Part shown: piece after piece, positions 9,916 through 19,778 of the stretch
How the letters are laid out: each line of letters opens with the position of its first letter
Numbering within the stretch: the first letter of the stretch is position 1
Source of the DNA: a virus
Taxonomy: Duplodnaviria; Heunggongvirae; Uroviricota; Caudoviricetes
IMG/VR virus record: IMGVR_UViG_2690316225_000008
Reading direction: 5' to 3' (one strand)
Length of the DNA stretch: 23,859 bases
Made by a program: the position numbers and the translations under genes
The notes under the pieces: generated by a model
What the model was told of the DNA's origin: nothing
What the model saw: the letters and a program-made list of their open reading frames with translations, nothing else
The model's database searches: none

Positions 9916-10668
9916 TTACCCTGCAGCGCCTGCTTCAGTAACGGTGACTTCAGCTACCGTGGCAAACTGACCATTACCGGAAATCACGGGGATACTCACT
10001 TTTCCAGCCTTAACCCCCGTCACAGTGATCACCATATCTTTCACAGCAATGGTTCCCGTTGACGGATCGGCGGAAACCGCTCTGAACGTCTTGTCGGTTG
10101 CACTTTCCGGCTCAAAAGAAACAGTCAGGGTGGTTGTTTTTCCTTTTTCCACGGTACCGGATGTCGGTGTCACCTTAATTGCAGTGGCCGGCGTAATTTC
10201 GCTGCGTTCTTCCGCCACGGAAGGTTTACCCACGTTGGTCACTTTCACCGTACGGGTGATCACTTCCTTCGCCGTTACGGCCTTACCGATACTGCTGACC
10301 CAGCCACGGAACACATCCACCGTGCCGTTCGGGAAACGGATTTTATAGGCCCGCACATCCCCGCTTTCAAACCAGCCTATAAGCCCTTTCTGACCTTCTT
10401 CTCCCGGTTTCCAGGCCAGCGTAAAACTGGTATCTCCTGCAGACTTCTGCCCCTGCCCGGTCGCGCTCCAGTCCGCGTCTTCATCATCCAGGTAGTTATC
10501 ATCGTAGGATTCTGCCGTCATCTCGCCCGGCGTCAGATCCTTCACCTTAGCCAGTCGCTGCCAGTCATCATCTGACAACGGGTTTGCATAAGCATCACCC
10601 TTGCCGGTGTAAACCCACAGAGTGGTACCGGCACCTTTTACCGGCGCCAGGGGATTTGGTGTTGGCAT
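9916..10668 (-). CDS. V: Major tail protein V with C-terminal Ig-like domain
   Basis: 250 aa; N-terminal part matches lambda gpV; C-terminal ~90 aa beta-rich T/V/S segment typical of the gpV Ig-like domain. Confidence 0.9.
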   Translation of the reverse strand: MPTPNPLAPVKGAGTTLWVYTGKGDAYANPLSDDDWQRLAKVKDLTPGEMTAESYDDNYLDDEDADWSATGQGQKSAGDTSFTLAWKPGEEGQKGLIGWFESGDVRAYKIRFPNGTVDVFRGWVSSIGKAVTAKEVITRTVKVTNVGKPSVAEERSEITPATAIKVTPTSGTVEKGKTTTLTVSFEPESATDKTFRAVSADPSTGTIAVKDMVITVTGVKAGKVSIPVISGNGQFATVAEVTVTEAGAAG

Positions 10669-10675
10669 ATCGTCC

Positions 10676-11071
10676 TCACATCTCGTATGTAATGGAATAA
10701 GTCAAATCTGCAGAGCTCCATAACGCCATATCGTCATCACGACGATAGTCATAGCCCTGCTGAACCATCGTGGTAATCATCCCTGCCAGTGCAGGGATCG
10801 CGGACATCGCCGGATAAATCCGGGACTCCATCCACGAATCCAGCTCTGAATCCGGCACCTGAGCAGGCAGGAAAACTTCAATATGCAGTGTGGCCCGCCA
10901 GGTATCCGCATCCAGCTCTTCACCGGTATACTCTGCATCCGTCAGATAAACCGCGACCGCGGGAAAATCCTCTTCGTCAAAAACAACGGGGCGACCATCA
11001 AACAGCGTCGCCCCGTGTTCATGCAGCTCCAGTGCATCCAGCACTGCAGCACGGATATCAGTATGTTTCAT
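10676..11071 (-). CDS. U: Tail terminator protein U
   Basis: 131 aa, same length as lambda gpU; overlaps Z stop. Confidence 0.88.
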   Translation of the reverse strand: MKHTDIRAAVLDALELHEHGATLFDGRPVVFDEEDFPAVAVYLTDAEYTGEELDADTWRATLHIEVFLPAQVPDSELDSWMESRIYPAMSAIPALAGMITTMVQQGYDYRRDDDMALWSSADLTYSITYEM

Positions 11072-11643
11072 CGTTTTATCGCAATCCTCAGTTGTTGTTT
11101 CAGCGCATATGCCAGTTCTCCGGGCAGGCGTTCACGCCGGATACGGTCAACGTTTTCATCAAACGCCTGTTTCAGTGGGGCCGCCATCGGAATTTTAACC
11201 ACCTGAATGGGAAGACGATTACGCTTTTTCCTTCCTTTATCGTCATTGCCCTTCGCATACCGGGCTTCTGGCAAACGTTGCATAACATGCCAGCGCCCAT
11301 TATTTAATCGCTGGATGAATGCCCGCTGATAACGATGCTGACCGGCTTTAAGTATGCTGTTCGGACGATGACCAAGCATCCTGATCCCCAGCTTAATAGC
11401 AGGGAGATCACCGCGGTTAACGATAATTCTGGCATTCGGATTTCTGACCGTCGCCCGTTTCAGTCTGGACCGTTCCTTTACCAGTTTCCGGCTCACCCTG
11501 GTCTCCCGGGCAACCTGTGATGAAGACTGATTAATCGCCGTTGTAGCCACGCGGTTAATAGCCATTGCTGAAGCCGACGGAATGGCGTTTTTACGAACCC
11601 GGCTCAGATTTTCAATCGCCTGATCAAGCCCTTTTATCGCCAT
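11068..11643 (-). CDS. Z: Minor tail protein Z (tail completion)
   Basis: 191 aa; MAIKGLDQAIENLSR…ARETRVSRKLVKERSRLKRATV…ERIRRERLP… matches lambda gpZ. Confidence 0.9.
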   Translation of the reverse strand: MAIKGLDQAIENLSRVRKNAIPSASAMAINRVATTAINQSSSQVARETRVSRKLVKERSRLKRATVRNPNARIIVNRGDLPAIKLGIRMLGHRPNSILKAGQHRYQRAFIQRLNNGRWHVMQRLPEARYAKGNDDKGRKKRNRLPIQVVKIPMAAPLKQAFDENVDRIRRERLPGELAYALKQQLRIAIKR

Positions 11644-11657
11644 AATTCACCCTGCGT

Positions 11658-12011
11658 TTATCGTCGCCGGTTAACTGCGGGTGGTTGCCCACGGTTCAGC
11701 CAGAGATAACAACTGCCCCCGTCATCCGGAGAAACACGATCCACCCAGAACGTCTCACCATTAATGGTCAACGTGTCACCACGCCGCACGGCACGAACCG
11801 TATCCGTCCGCACAAATAATGACGGGCTGCTTCCTTCAATACGGATCCCACTACTGGCAAACCCCAGCGACTCCGGATCGTCAAAAACCCCCTGAACTTC
11901 GCCGCCACGCTGTGCACCGGAGGTGAACTGCGCACTGATGCCCATCACTTCAACAATCGTACTGTCCACCCCGGCAAGGGCGGCATCAAAGGCATTCTGA
12001 AAATCACGCAT
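11658..12011 (-). CDS. FII: Head-tail connector protein FII
   Basis: Start at internal ATG 12009-12011 (MRDFQNAFDAAL…) gives 117 aa as in lambda; …GVFDDPES…SSPSLFVRTD…RRGDTLTI…FWVDRVSPDDGGSCYLWL…PPAVNRRR; start overlaps FI stop (ATGCGTGA). Confidence 0.88.
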   Translation of the reverse strand: MRDFQNAFDAALAGVDSTIVEVMGISAQFTSGAQRGGEVQGVFDDPESLGFASSGIRIEGSSPSLFVRTDTVRAVRRGDTLTINGETFWVDRVSPDDGGSCYLWLNRGQPPAVNRRR

Positions 12012-12378
12012 AAACAGCCATTCCACCATCAACGTGTGTTTTTGCATCTGAGGACATAATCAGAATCACCCGACCAACATCCGCAAGCTCAACGGATTCC
12101 CCCGTTTCACCATCAACGCCACAGAGATGGAGGCAGGTCAGAACTCTGATGCGCGTTAACGCGCCGGATGTTTCCTCACGAACATCATGAGCCGCGTTTT
12201 CCCTCTCCCGGATATCCATATTCATAACCTGTACATCATCGCCGGATGACTGCATTTCCTCTTCCCATTCTGCCACCCGCTGCGCTATCTCTGCGGCACT
12301 CCCGGATATATCCGGCTCACGCCCCAGAATCAGGGCCAGTTCATCAAGCCGTTTCAGATTTTGCTCTTTCGTTGCCAT
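12004..12378 (-). CDS. FI: DNA packaging protein FI (alternative upstream start at 12426)
   Basis: Position between E and FII; acidic protein; preferred start MATKEQ at 12376-12378 has GGGGGA Shine-Dalgarno 5 nt upstream. Sequence is divergent from lambda gpFI, call mostly by synteny. Confidence 0.7.
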   Translation of the reverse strand: MATKEQNLKRLDELALILGREPDISGSAAEIAQRVAEWEEEMQSSGDDVQVMNMDIRERENAAHDVREETSGALTRIRVLTCLHLCGVDGETGESVELADVGRVILIMSSDAKTHVDGGMAVYA

Positions 12379-12429
12379 ATCATCCCCCTGTGAAAAAAGA
12401 CACGGGGGCATTTCGCCCCCGCTCACGGA

Positions 12430-13458
12430 TTATTTCACCTGTACCACCACAAACTCATCCGGGTCCGGCAACACCATCAGCGGCGCGGACTGCGTCATGG
12501 TAAATTCACGGGCGGGATCCCCCACCGTCAGCCAGTGTTTCGGATAACGGGAAGAGGCCACCACACCTTCGGACAACGCCTGCGCATCCTGAATGGCACC
12601 ATAGCAACGAATGCCCTCTGCTGCCGTATTCCCCAGGACCAGCGAGCCCTCAGGCAGATAACGTTTTTCGGTACCGTCCTCTGCCACATAAGACGTTTTT
12701 GCCACCACAATGGCCAGATCGCCGTAATACCCTTTGAAGGACACCACCGCGCCCAGGTCTTTCACCGCTGTTTCGAGTTGAGAATTTGAACCGCGACGGG
12801 TATCCAGTTTTTCGCGGAACAATTTAAAGCCATTCAGCAGACGCCAGACGGTACCGTCCATAATGGCAATATTCACAAGACCGCTGGCCTGGTCGCAGTA
12901 GAGGTCAAGATCATGTGTAGGATCGAACGTGTCACGATCCTGTTTTGACCACTCCTTACCACTACCCTGAGTGATGTTATTCTTCGTCGACCTGCCAAAA
13001 TCGACCTCAATTTTCTCGAACTGGTCTCCTTCCATCGTGTATTTGCCATACAGCACGGCATTCACCGCCTGCATTTCTTCCACCTGGACAATGGCGTGCT
13101 CTTCCTGTTTGAGGTTATCAGTGATGATACGCAGACGACGGTAGGCCGGGTCGTTCAGCTGAGCCGGATCTTCACCGGGAAGACGCTCAACCGCCTGCTG
13201 GTAATTAAATTCGTGTTTCGGCTTGACGTAGCCCGGACGTAACACGCGGGTTTCACCACCACGATGACGCAGCACTTTTCCTTCAACAACCGGGGAAACA
13301 TAGGCCGCCACCGGCGTTTTTCCGGTAATTTTGTCCAGCATCACCTCTTCGGTATGGAAATTCACCGTACGGCGGAAAAACAGCTCCAGAAACAGCGCAC
13401 GAAATTTCACTTTTTGTTCGGTATAACCGAGTAACTGGCGGGTCGTAAACAATCCCAT
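12430..13458 (-). CDS. E: Major capsid protein E
   Basis: 342 aa; …PGYVKPKHE…DPAYRRLRII…QVEEMQAV…KYTM…DTRRGSNSQLETAVKDLG…TGDPAREFTMTQSAPLMVLPDPDEFV matches lambda gpE (341 aa). Confidence 0.93.
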   Translation of the reverse strand: MGLFTTRQLLGYTEQKVKFRALFLELFFRRTVNFHTEEVMLDKITGKTPVAAYVSPVVEGKVLRHRGGETRVLRPGYVKPKHEFNYQQAVERLPGEDPAQLNDPAYRRLRIITDNLKQEEHAIVQVEEMQAVNAVLYGKYTMEGDQFEKIEVDFGRSTKNNITQGSGKEWSKQDRDTFDPTHDLDLYCDQASGLVNIAIMDGTVWRLLNGFKLFREKLDTRRGSNSQLETAVKDLGAVVSFKGYYGDLAIVVAKTSYVAEDGTEKRYLPEGSLVLGNTAAEGIRCYGAIQDAQALSEGVVASSRYPKHWLTVGDPAREFTMTQSAPLMVLPDPDEFVVVQVK

Positions 13459-13515
13459 AAATCAGTTCCTTTCATTCAGAAATCAGTCAGGCCACCGCGG
13501 TGGCCTGATAACGTG

Positions 13516-13863
13516 TTACGGCAGCGCCGCGTGACTCAGGGCACTGCCGGCAAAGGCATTTGCCTTTTTGTGTTCATCCACACTGTCAGGCCAGCGGATT
13601 GCCTCCGTCGCAAAGGTCCCCGACTTGTAATACGTCAGTACCGTCTCTGTGCCTTCAAGCGGCAGTACCAGTATGCCAACCGCACTACCGGCTTTCTGTC
13701 CGTCCCAGACCACCAGTTTCCCGGTAGCTTCATCCAGCATCAGGGGCGTCAGTGCCGGTGTTGCCGAGGAAATCCCGCTGCTGCCTGTGGCGGTATGAGC
13801 CGGATCATTACCGGCAAAAATACGTACTTCCGCACGCTGTTCAGTGATGGTTTTCGTTACCAT
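13516..13863 (-). CDS. D: Head decoration protein D
   Basis: 115 aa; …DPAHTAT…TPLMLD…KLVVWDG…AVGIL…YYKSGTF…FAG matches lambda gpD. Confidence 0.9.
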   Translation of the reverse strand: MVTKTITEQRAEVRIFAGNDPAHTATGSSGISSATPALTPLMLDEATGKLVVWDGQKAGSAVGILVLPLEGTETVLTYYKSGTFATEAIRWPDSVDEHKKANAFAGSALSHAALP

Positions 13864-13899
13864 ATTGTAAAAACCTCCTGTTGATGGTCAGCACTGACT

Positions 13900-15405
13900 T
13901 CATGGCATAGCCATGAGCATTTTCACGTCCGCATCACCGTCTGCTGACGTCTGTGGCACGCCACCCTGTACCGCTGCCGGTGAATGGTTCGCCATGATGC
14001 GTTCAAACAGGGCGGTTGTGGATGCAGAGACCGGTTCTGCCTTACCTGATCCCGCAGCCAGCACAGCCCGGGCGCTCTCCACAGTTATTCCCGGGCAGGC
14101 AGCCAGCTGTTCAGCCTGCGCCTCAGCCCCTTTTGCCTCATCCAGTGCCATGATCTGATCACGGAGTGAGGGTCCGGCATCCGCCTGCGGTGAAGCAGCC
14201 AGGATCGGGCGGGCTTTTTCCACCGTCATCTCCGGCATCGCCGCCAGCGTTGCCGCCAGTTGTTCACGACCTTTCGCTTCTTCACACGCCATAATGCGAT
14301 CGGCTTCACTCTGCGCGGATGCCACCGGCTGCTGTGGTGCCGCCGCGGCCAGAATCGCCCGGGCCTGTTCAACGCTCATGCCCTGTTGTCCTGCCAGCAT
14401 CGTGGCAAGCTGTTCACGTCCTTTCGCTTCCTGGCATGTCAGGATCCCCATCACTCGCTGGTTCTCCTGCGCGGCGGCTTCCGTTGCAGTTAATTGCGGC
14501 ATAGTGCCTCCTCTGACATTACTGTTCAGCGCCGTGGCCATCACACTGATGGCATCCGACGCATTGATTAATTCATCCGCCAGCCCGGCCTCAATGCCGG
14601 ACTGACCTTCAAAAACGGCGGCCTCTGTTCCCGTGACAGCATCAACAGACAGACCGGTATACATCGCTACTTTTTCAGCAAACATCCGGCGCGCCGCATC
14701 AATGCGCTGTTGCATGTCCTGGCGAACCTCTGCCGGCAACGCTTCAAACTGATTGCCATCCACCTTGTGCGCCCCTGAGTAAATCAGCGTGATATCAACA
14801 CCGGCCTGCGCCAGATGACCGGCATAGCTGACATGGCTCATCATCACGCCAATGGAGCCGATACGGGATGTCTGGGTAACCAGCCGTCGGGAGCAGGCCG
14901 ACGCCAGCAGCATGGCTGCAGAGCAGGCCGTGTCATTGCACAGTGCCCAGACCGGCTTCTGCTGACGGAGGCGGTAAATCATGTCAGCGCAGTCAAACGC
15001 GCCGGCGGCCTGCCCGCCCGGACTGTCAATGTCCAGCAGTACGCCCCGCACCTGGCTATCCGCCATTGCCTGCTGAAGACAGGCGACAATGCCGTCATAG
15101 CCTGTCATTCCGGAAAATGGCCGCATACCCCCCAGCCGGTGCACCAGCGTGCCGGTCACCGGCAGTACAGCAATACCGTTCACCACCCGGTAAACACGGG
15201 CCGGTCGTTTACCTCCGGCCATGTACTCGTCCGTTTCAGCCAGCATTCCGGGAGCATCAAACTGTACCTGCTGTTGTGGTACCGAAAGACTTGATGCCCC
15301 CATCTCGCGCCCGAGCGCGCAAAAGAAAACCCGCGCATAGGCGGGCTCCAGAAGCAGCGGTTCATTGAATGCTGCGGCAATAATGTGTGAAAGATTACGT
15401 CTCAC
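13900..15405 (-). CDS. C: Head maturation protease C (S49/ClpP-like) with C-terminal scaffold (Nu3-like) region
   Basis: 501 aa; N-terminal two-thirds has S49 peptidase-like core (…VLLDIDSPGG…NDTACSAAMLLASA…); C-terminal third is Ala/Glu-rich with three repeats, consistent with an in-frame nested scaffold. Confidence 0.85.
   Translation of the reverse strand: MRRNLSHIIAAAFNEPLLLEPAYARVFFCALGREMGASSLSVPQQQVQFDAPGMLAETDEYMAGGKRPARVYRVVNGIAVLPVTGTLVHRLGGMRPFSGMTGYDGIVACLQQAMADSQVRGVLLDIDSPGGQAAGAFDCADMIYRLRQQKPVWALCNDTACSAAMLLASACSRRLVTQTSRIGSIGVMMSHVSYAGHLAQAGVDITLIYSGAHKVDGNQFEALPAEVRQDMQQRIDAARRMFAEKVAMYTGLSVDAVTGTEAAVFEGQSGIEAGLADELINASDAISVMATALNSNVRGGTMPQLTATEAAAQENQRVMGILTCQEAKGREQLATMLAGQQGMSVEQARAILAAAAPQQPVASAQSEADRIMACEEAKGREQLAATLAAMPEMTVEKARPILAASPQADAGPSLRDQIMALDEAKGAEAQAEQLAACPGITVESARAVLAAGSGKAEPVSASTTALFERIMANHSPAAVQGGVPQTSADGDADVKMLMAMP
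14050..14454 (-). repeat. Three in-frame tandem repeats (~50 codons, ~148 bp period) in the C-terminal region of gene C
   Basis: Protein repeats …QEAKGREQLATMLAG…SVEQARAILAA / …EEAKGREQLAATLAA…TVEKARPILAA / …DEAKGAEAQAEQLAA…TVESARAVLAA; DNA repeat visible e.g. gttcacgacctttcgcttc (14262) vs gttcacgtcctttcgcttc (14411). Confidence 0.75.
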
Positions 15406-16987
15406 GTGGTGTTGTCTCCTCTTCCGGCCTGCGACTCTCCGCTATCTGCTGCTCATACGCCTGCGCTATCCACACCGGACGTGAGAGTCCGGCTTTTTGT
15501 CGCTCAGCAGATTCCCTGACCTGCTGGCGGAAAATGTCCTGATAATCCTCGCCCATCAGCGCCAGCTCTTTCTCATACGTGCTCAGTCCGGCCTCAATGC
15601 GCATCACTGATTCCTGGACTTCCTTGAGCCCGTCAATGGCCATTCTTCCGGCTCCAATCCACTCAGCCCGTGACCAGGCTGATCGCGCCTGATAAAAATC
15701 AAAACGCGCCCGTGGCGGACGAATAATCCCCCGAAGAAGTGCCTCTTCCAGCCAGCAGGAAAACATCTGCGTGGCCAGCCGGGACGCAATAAATTTTCGT
15801 CGTCCCATAAAATAGCGCCACGACTCATTGGCGGAGGCGCGGGCACTTGAATAACTGACCTTCGAGTAATCCCGGGACAACTGTTCGTAGGAAACGCCAA
15901 GACCGGCGGCGATATACCGCAGCAGCGCCTGTTCAAGCGCCGAAAATCCATTGTCTGAATCCTGCGCAGTCTGCAGTTTCAGATCATCACCGGGGAAAAG
16001 GTGCGGAATTTTGACACCGCCCAGCGTCACGTTATTCGTGTCATACCAGGTGGAGAACTTATCCAGAATATTAATAAGCGGATTATCCTTCTGCCCCTGC
16101 GGCGCACCGGCGATATATTCAAAGGCCTTTTCGGTATCAAGTTCACTTTCAATCGTCGCTGCATACATGGCTTTCACAATGGCCGACTGAAGCTGTGTTG
16201 CCTGCAGGGAATCCAGCATCTTCAGCCGTTCCATGACGCTGTAAAACTGATTAGCCCCACGGGTCTGCCCGTCCTCCACCGGCTCGAAAATATGCAGCAT
16301 GGCCGGACGCCCGGTGGGTAGTTCACGCGGGATCCGTTCCCATCGTCCACTACCAGAGAACGGAAAATCATCCTCACAGATATGGTACGCAACGGCACGG
16401 CCATATCGATCGACCTCCACCCCGGCCCGCAGAAAACGGTTCCCCATACCGTGTCCTGGCGTGTCCACCCGTTTCGGACTCACGGCTTTAAAACGCGTAC
16501 GAAACAGTTGCGTGCTCTCCGTATCCCAGACCGGCTGCACAAAGATTTCGCCGTTAAACGCATGAACGCCCACACCTTCACGAATAAATTCCGTAAACGT
16601 GCGTTTCTCTTCCACGTCGATCTCGCCAGACATCCCTTCGGCGTATTCCGACCAGGCCGCCTCCACCTCATCGACAAAACTTTTTGCCGCAGTCTCCCGC
16701 ATCCCCAGCCAGCGCCAGTTCGGACGGTAGCTGATCAGAAACATATGCCCGACAATATGATCCTTATGCAGGGCCACCGCATTGGCCGCTATCCCGTTAT
16801 TGCGCACCAGATCATCTGCCCGGGCATTCCCCAGACGCAACGCAGGCAGCAGGGCTGCATCGGCACTCTGCGCCGGTGGCAACCACTCCGCCATTTGCCC
16901 GCCAAATCCTGCGCCGCCCCCGTTGTAGCTGAGACTCTCACGAAGCGGAACGCCGTTCACATCAATCAGGACAGGCGTTCGTTTCAT
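15395..16987 (-). CDS. B: Portal protein B
   Basis: 530 aa (lambda gpB 533 aa); position between W and C; overlaps both neighbours. Confidence 0.92.
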   Translation of the reverse strand: MKRTPVLIDVNGVPLRESLSYNGGGAGFGGQMAEWLPPAQSADAALLPALRLGNARADDLVRNNGIAANAVALHKDHIVGHMFLISYRPNWRWLGMRETAAKSFVDEVEAAWSEYAEGMSGEIDVEEKRTFTEFIREGVGVHAFNGEIFVQPVWDTESTQLFRTRFKAVSPKRVDTPGHGMGNRFLRAGVEVDRYGRAVAYHICEDDFPFSGSGRWERIPRELPTGRPAMLHIFEPVEDGQTRGANQFYSVMERLKMLDSLQATQLQSAIVKAMYAATIESELDTEKAFEYIAGAPQGQKDNPLINILDKFSTWYDTNNVTLGGVKIPHLFPGDDLKLQTAQDSDNGFSALEQALLRYIAAGLGVSYEQLSRDYSKVSYSSARASANESWRYFMGRRKFIASRLATQMFSCWLEEALLRGIIRPPRARFDFYQARSAWSRAEWIGAGRMAIDGLKEVQESVMRIEAGLSTYEKELALMGEDYQDIFRQQVRESAERQKAGLSRPVWIAQAYEQQIAESRRPEEETTPRET

Positions 16988-17190
16988 AACCTCACTCCCA
17001 GCGGACGACGGCGACGTCGGGTTGTCCCCAGTACCGACTCCGCATCATTGATCGCCCGGTTAAGCTCATCCAGAGAAGCCGCCGTATATTCAATTCTGCG
17101 ACCATCTTTCTGGACAGACACCACCCGTTTACCGGTTAATAAATCAAGGCGCGCCTGACGTAGCGCCTGTAGTTCAGCGACTGTAACCAT
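16984..17190 (-). CDS. W: Head-tail joining protein W
   Basis: 68 aa, same length as lambda gpW; …LLTGKRVVSVQKDGRRIEYTAASLDEL… matches gpW core. Confidence 0.88.
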   Translation of the reverse strand: MVTVAELQALRQARLDLLTGKRVVSVQKDGRRIEYTAASLDELNRAINDAESVLGTTRRRRRPLGVRL

Positions 17191-19072
17191 TCACTCCTCC
17201 GGACAGCTTCGCTGCCAGTTCTTTCAGGGTTGGCCGGGTCGTCTCTTCTTCCCGGGATTTTGCCAGTACAGCCAGATCAAGCTGCCAGCGTTGCACGGAC
17301 ACACGTAATGCCGCGTAGGCATACACCAGGCAGTCCAGCGCTTCGTTACGCCGCTTTTTGTTATCCCACAGCAGACGCATCTTTCCTTTTTCCCACTTCT
17401 CCACAAGCTCTTCCGCGACCAGTTGCTGCGCCTCTGTCTGCGAAAAAATCTCCGGATCATCAGGAAAACGGATGGCATACGACGTGGCTTCATCCGCAGG
17501 AGTGGGATCGGCTTTCATACGGGCATAGAGAATTTCTTTTGCGGTGTCCGTCCCCACTTCACACAGATACACGCCCCGCTGATTGCGGGTTTTCGGCATG
17601 GTGATCACCGGCTTGCCATAGACAGATGCGCCTTTTACCGGCAGCACCCGGAAAACACCGTGTTTTTTTGACCTCTGATAGACAATTTCACCATCGATCC
17701 CCCCGGTGTCCCAGCAGACACGGGAAATGGTCATTTCGGTTCCGTCTGCATGGCAGTATTTTTTGTTGATCGCCGCATCCACACGTAACAGCGTCTCTTC
17801 CTCATCGGGACGGCCCATAATGATGATTTTATCCACCAGAAAGGCTTCCTCTCCCTGTGCCCATCCCCAGACATACATCTCAAAACGGTTTCGCTGCGAG
17901 TCAATGCCCGCCGTCAGATAAACCACCCGAGCAGGCACCGCCGCCGTGTAACGCACCACCTTATCCATCAGTACCTGGTGATCGAGTTTTTCGCCCACGG
18001 CCTCTTCCCAGGTCTCGCCCAGCGTGGTGTTCACAAAGGTTTTCAGGCCGTTGGGATCTTTCAGTGCATCCAGCCAGTCATAGACTATCTGTATCCAGGT
18101 GGTGAACGGACTGTACGCCGTCCAGATATGGAACGTGATGGAGCGCGGCGGCGGAATTTCATCCCCCCGGGCGCTGAAAAACATCAGGCCGTCACGGGTC
18201 CACATACCCGTGTTTTCACAGATCCAGCGCCCGTTACTCTGGTCAAGCTCAGACTGATGGATCACGCAGCCATGATGTTCACAGAGGTAGAAAACGCTTT
18301 CGGGGCTGTCCTTCTCCCATTTAAGGCCAAAAGGCGTGGATTCATCGCCAAATTTCAGATACTGCGCCTCCCCACAGTGCGGGCAGGGCACATAGAAACG
18401 CATGAAATGCGCCGACTCGTTGGCCGCTTTTTCGATCTGGCAGGTACCTTTGATTTTAGGCGTCGAGCCGCGAATGGATTTTGGCCATACAGAGCCCTCA
18501 ATACGCTTATCCCCCAGCAGGGTTGGCGAGCCCTCTTTTTCGACATCCGGCTCGAACGAGGAAAGCTCGTCATAGCAGACCACGTCCACGGATTTTTCAC
18601 GGTAGTTTTTGGCGGCTGCACCGCCCAGGCACCAGAAACCGACGCCCGATGAAAAGCGTTTCAGCGTGAGAGTATTGTCACGATGTTTACGACCCAGCCA
18701 TGGGGAAAGGTCTTTCAGGCATGGCACGTTCCGAATCGTCGCCTCCACGTGAGACTTCATAAAATCTTCAGCGGCAGAATCCGTGGGCTGAAAAAGCAGA
18801 CTGTTTCGGGATTTATGCTCAATAAAATACCCGACCACCCCCAGCAACATCTTTGTATAGCCAACACGGGCAGATTTAATCAGGTTAACCGTGCGAACCT
18901 GGTCGTTACCCATACAGTTCATAATGGCGATCTGGAATGGCAGCGTTTTCCATTCTCCCTCACCATATGAAGATTCTTTAGGCAGATAATAATTTTGATC
19001 AGCCCATTCAACTGCCGTCATTGGTACAACCCTGACCAGAGGCTGCAGCGCAACCGAAACGGCAGCCATCAT
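17174..19072 (-). CDS. A: Terminase large subunit A
   Basis: 632 aa; …TAVEWADQNYYLPKESSYGEGEWKTLPFQ…KNYREKSVDV…YDELS… collinear with lambda gpA (641 aa). Confidence 0.93.
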   Translation of the reverse strand: MMAAVSVALQPLVRVVPMTAVEWADQNYYLPKESSYGEGEWKTLPFQIAIMNCMGNDQVRTVNLIKSARVGYTKMLLGVVGYFIEHKSRNSLLFQPTDSAAEDFMKSHVEATIRNVPCLKDLSPWLGRKHRDNTLTLKRFSSGVGFWCLGGAAAKNYREKSVDVVCYDELSSFEPDVEKEGSPTLLGDKRIEGSVWPKSIRGSTPKIKGTCQIEKAANESAHFMRFYVPCPHCGEAQYLKFGDESTPFGLKWEKDSPESVFYLCEHHGCVIHQSELDQSNGRWICENTGMWTRDGLMFFSARGDEIPPPRSITFHIWTAYSPFTTWIQIVYDWLDALKDPNGLKTFVNTTLGETWEEAVGEKLDHQVLMDKVVRYTAAVPARVVYLTAGIDSQRNRFEMYVWGWAQGEEAFLVDKIIIMGRPDEEETLLRVDAAINKKYCHADGTEMTISRVCWDTGGIDGEIVYQRSKKHGVFRVLPVKGASVYGKPVITMPKTRNQRGVYLCEVGTDTAKEILYARMKADPTPADEATSYAIRFPDDPEIFSQTEAQQLVAEELVEKWEKGKMRLLWDNKKRRNEALDCLVYAYAALRVSVQRWQLDLAVLAKSREEETTRPTLKELAAKLSGGVNGYSR

Positions 19073-19073
19073 A

Positions 19074-19583
19074 TTATTCAGTTGTTACTCTGATATATTC
19101 ATCGAGTAAATCCGGTAATTTATCCCCTGCCCGCGCACACTGATTTGCCCCCTTAGCAATAAGGGTTTTCAGATGGTCAAGATGGCGCGGTGTTAAATCA
19201 GGAAACTGTCGCTGCATGGATAAAGGGATGGAATCAAGCGTACTGGATAACGCCATTGCCAGCTTACTGAGGGCAAAAATACAGAACCCGGTGTCAATAA
19301 GTTTTCCTTTTGACACCTCATTTTTTAACTGCTGTGTAACAGCCTGTTCTGCTGTCAGTTCCCATCTGGCAATAAGCAATTTCTCCTCATAGTCGTCTTC
19401 GCTATCGCCATCAGGCACATCGTTTTTACTTCTCCTCAGATACGATATGTAAAAATCGCGCCAGGCATCCAGATCCAGTTGCCCTCGCTTATTCGATATC
19501 GGGGCACCCGGCAATTTCTGCAATCTGCGAAGCTGGCGATCGGTCAGACTTAAATGCCTGGCAACTTCAGTCTGCGTAGCCAC
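19074..19583 (-). CDS. Nu1: Terminase small subunit Nu1 (C-terminal half lambda-like, N-terminal DNA-binding domain divergent)
   Basis: 169 aa; C-terminal …FCIFALSKLAMALSSTLDSIPLSMQRQFPDLTPRHLDHL… resembles lambda gpNu1; apparent GTG start at 19581-19583 preceded by GAGGTGAGGAG; stop overlaps A start. Confidence 0.85.
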   Translation of the reverse strand: MATQTEVARHLSLTDRQLRRLQKLPGAPISNKRGQLDLDAWRDFYISYLRRSKNDVPDGDSEDDYEEKLLIARWELTAEQAVTQQLKNEVSKGKLIDTGFCIFALSKLAMALSSTLDSIPLSMQRQFPDLTPRHLDHLKTLIAKGANQCARAGDKLPDLLDEYIRVTTE

Positions 19584-19630
19584 TCCTCACCTCGCAAAAA
19601 CTCTCACCTCACAATCACAACAAAACCGGT

Positions 19631-19730
19631 CATGTCCGGTTTACATGTCTGTTTTTTGTTCATGTCCGGTTCACAGAAGACCTGTTTTTATATTTTTCAT
19701 ATAGTTAACTTGAAGAGAAACCGGACATGG
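19631..19730. promoter_or_regulatory. cosB-like terminase binding region: three CATGTCCGGTT repeats (two direct, one inverted) flanking an A/T-rich segment
   Basis: CATGTCCGGTT at 19631-19641 and 19661-19671; inverted copy (AACCGGACATG) at 19720-19730; A/T-rich 19681-19715 between them; lies between cosN and Nu1 as lambda cosB does. Confidence 0.65.
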
Positions 19731-19766
19731 ATCCCGGAAAATTTTCATAAATAGCGAAAACCCGCG

Positions 19767-19778
19767 AGGTCGCCGCCC
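19767..19778 (-). promoter_or_regulatory. cosN cohesive-end site (12-nt, identical to lambda GGGCGGCGACCT)
   Basis: Plus strand aggtcgccgccc = complement of GGGCGGCGACCT; about 45 nt of flank toward Nu1 and about 25 nt on the other side also match the lambda genome ends as I remember them. Confidence 0.85.

Noticed and set aside
13513-13884. 123-aa plus-strand ORF
   Set aside because: Antisense to head decoration gene D, which is well supported.
16382-17158. 258-aa plus-strand ORF
   Set aside because: Antisense to portal gene B and W; no start context, R/P-rich composition; the minus-strand genes are strongly supported.
17978-18652. 224-aa plus-strand ORF
   Set aside because: Antisense to terminase large subunit A; same reasoning.
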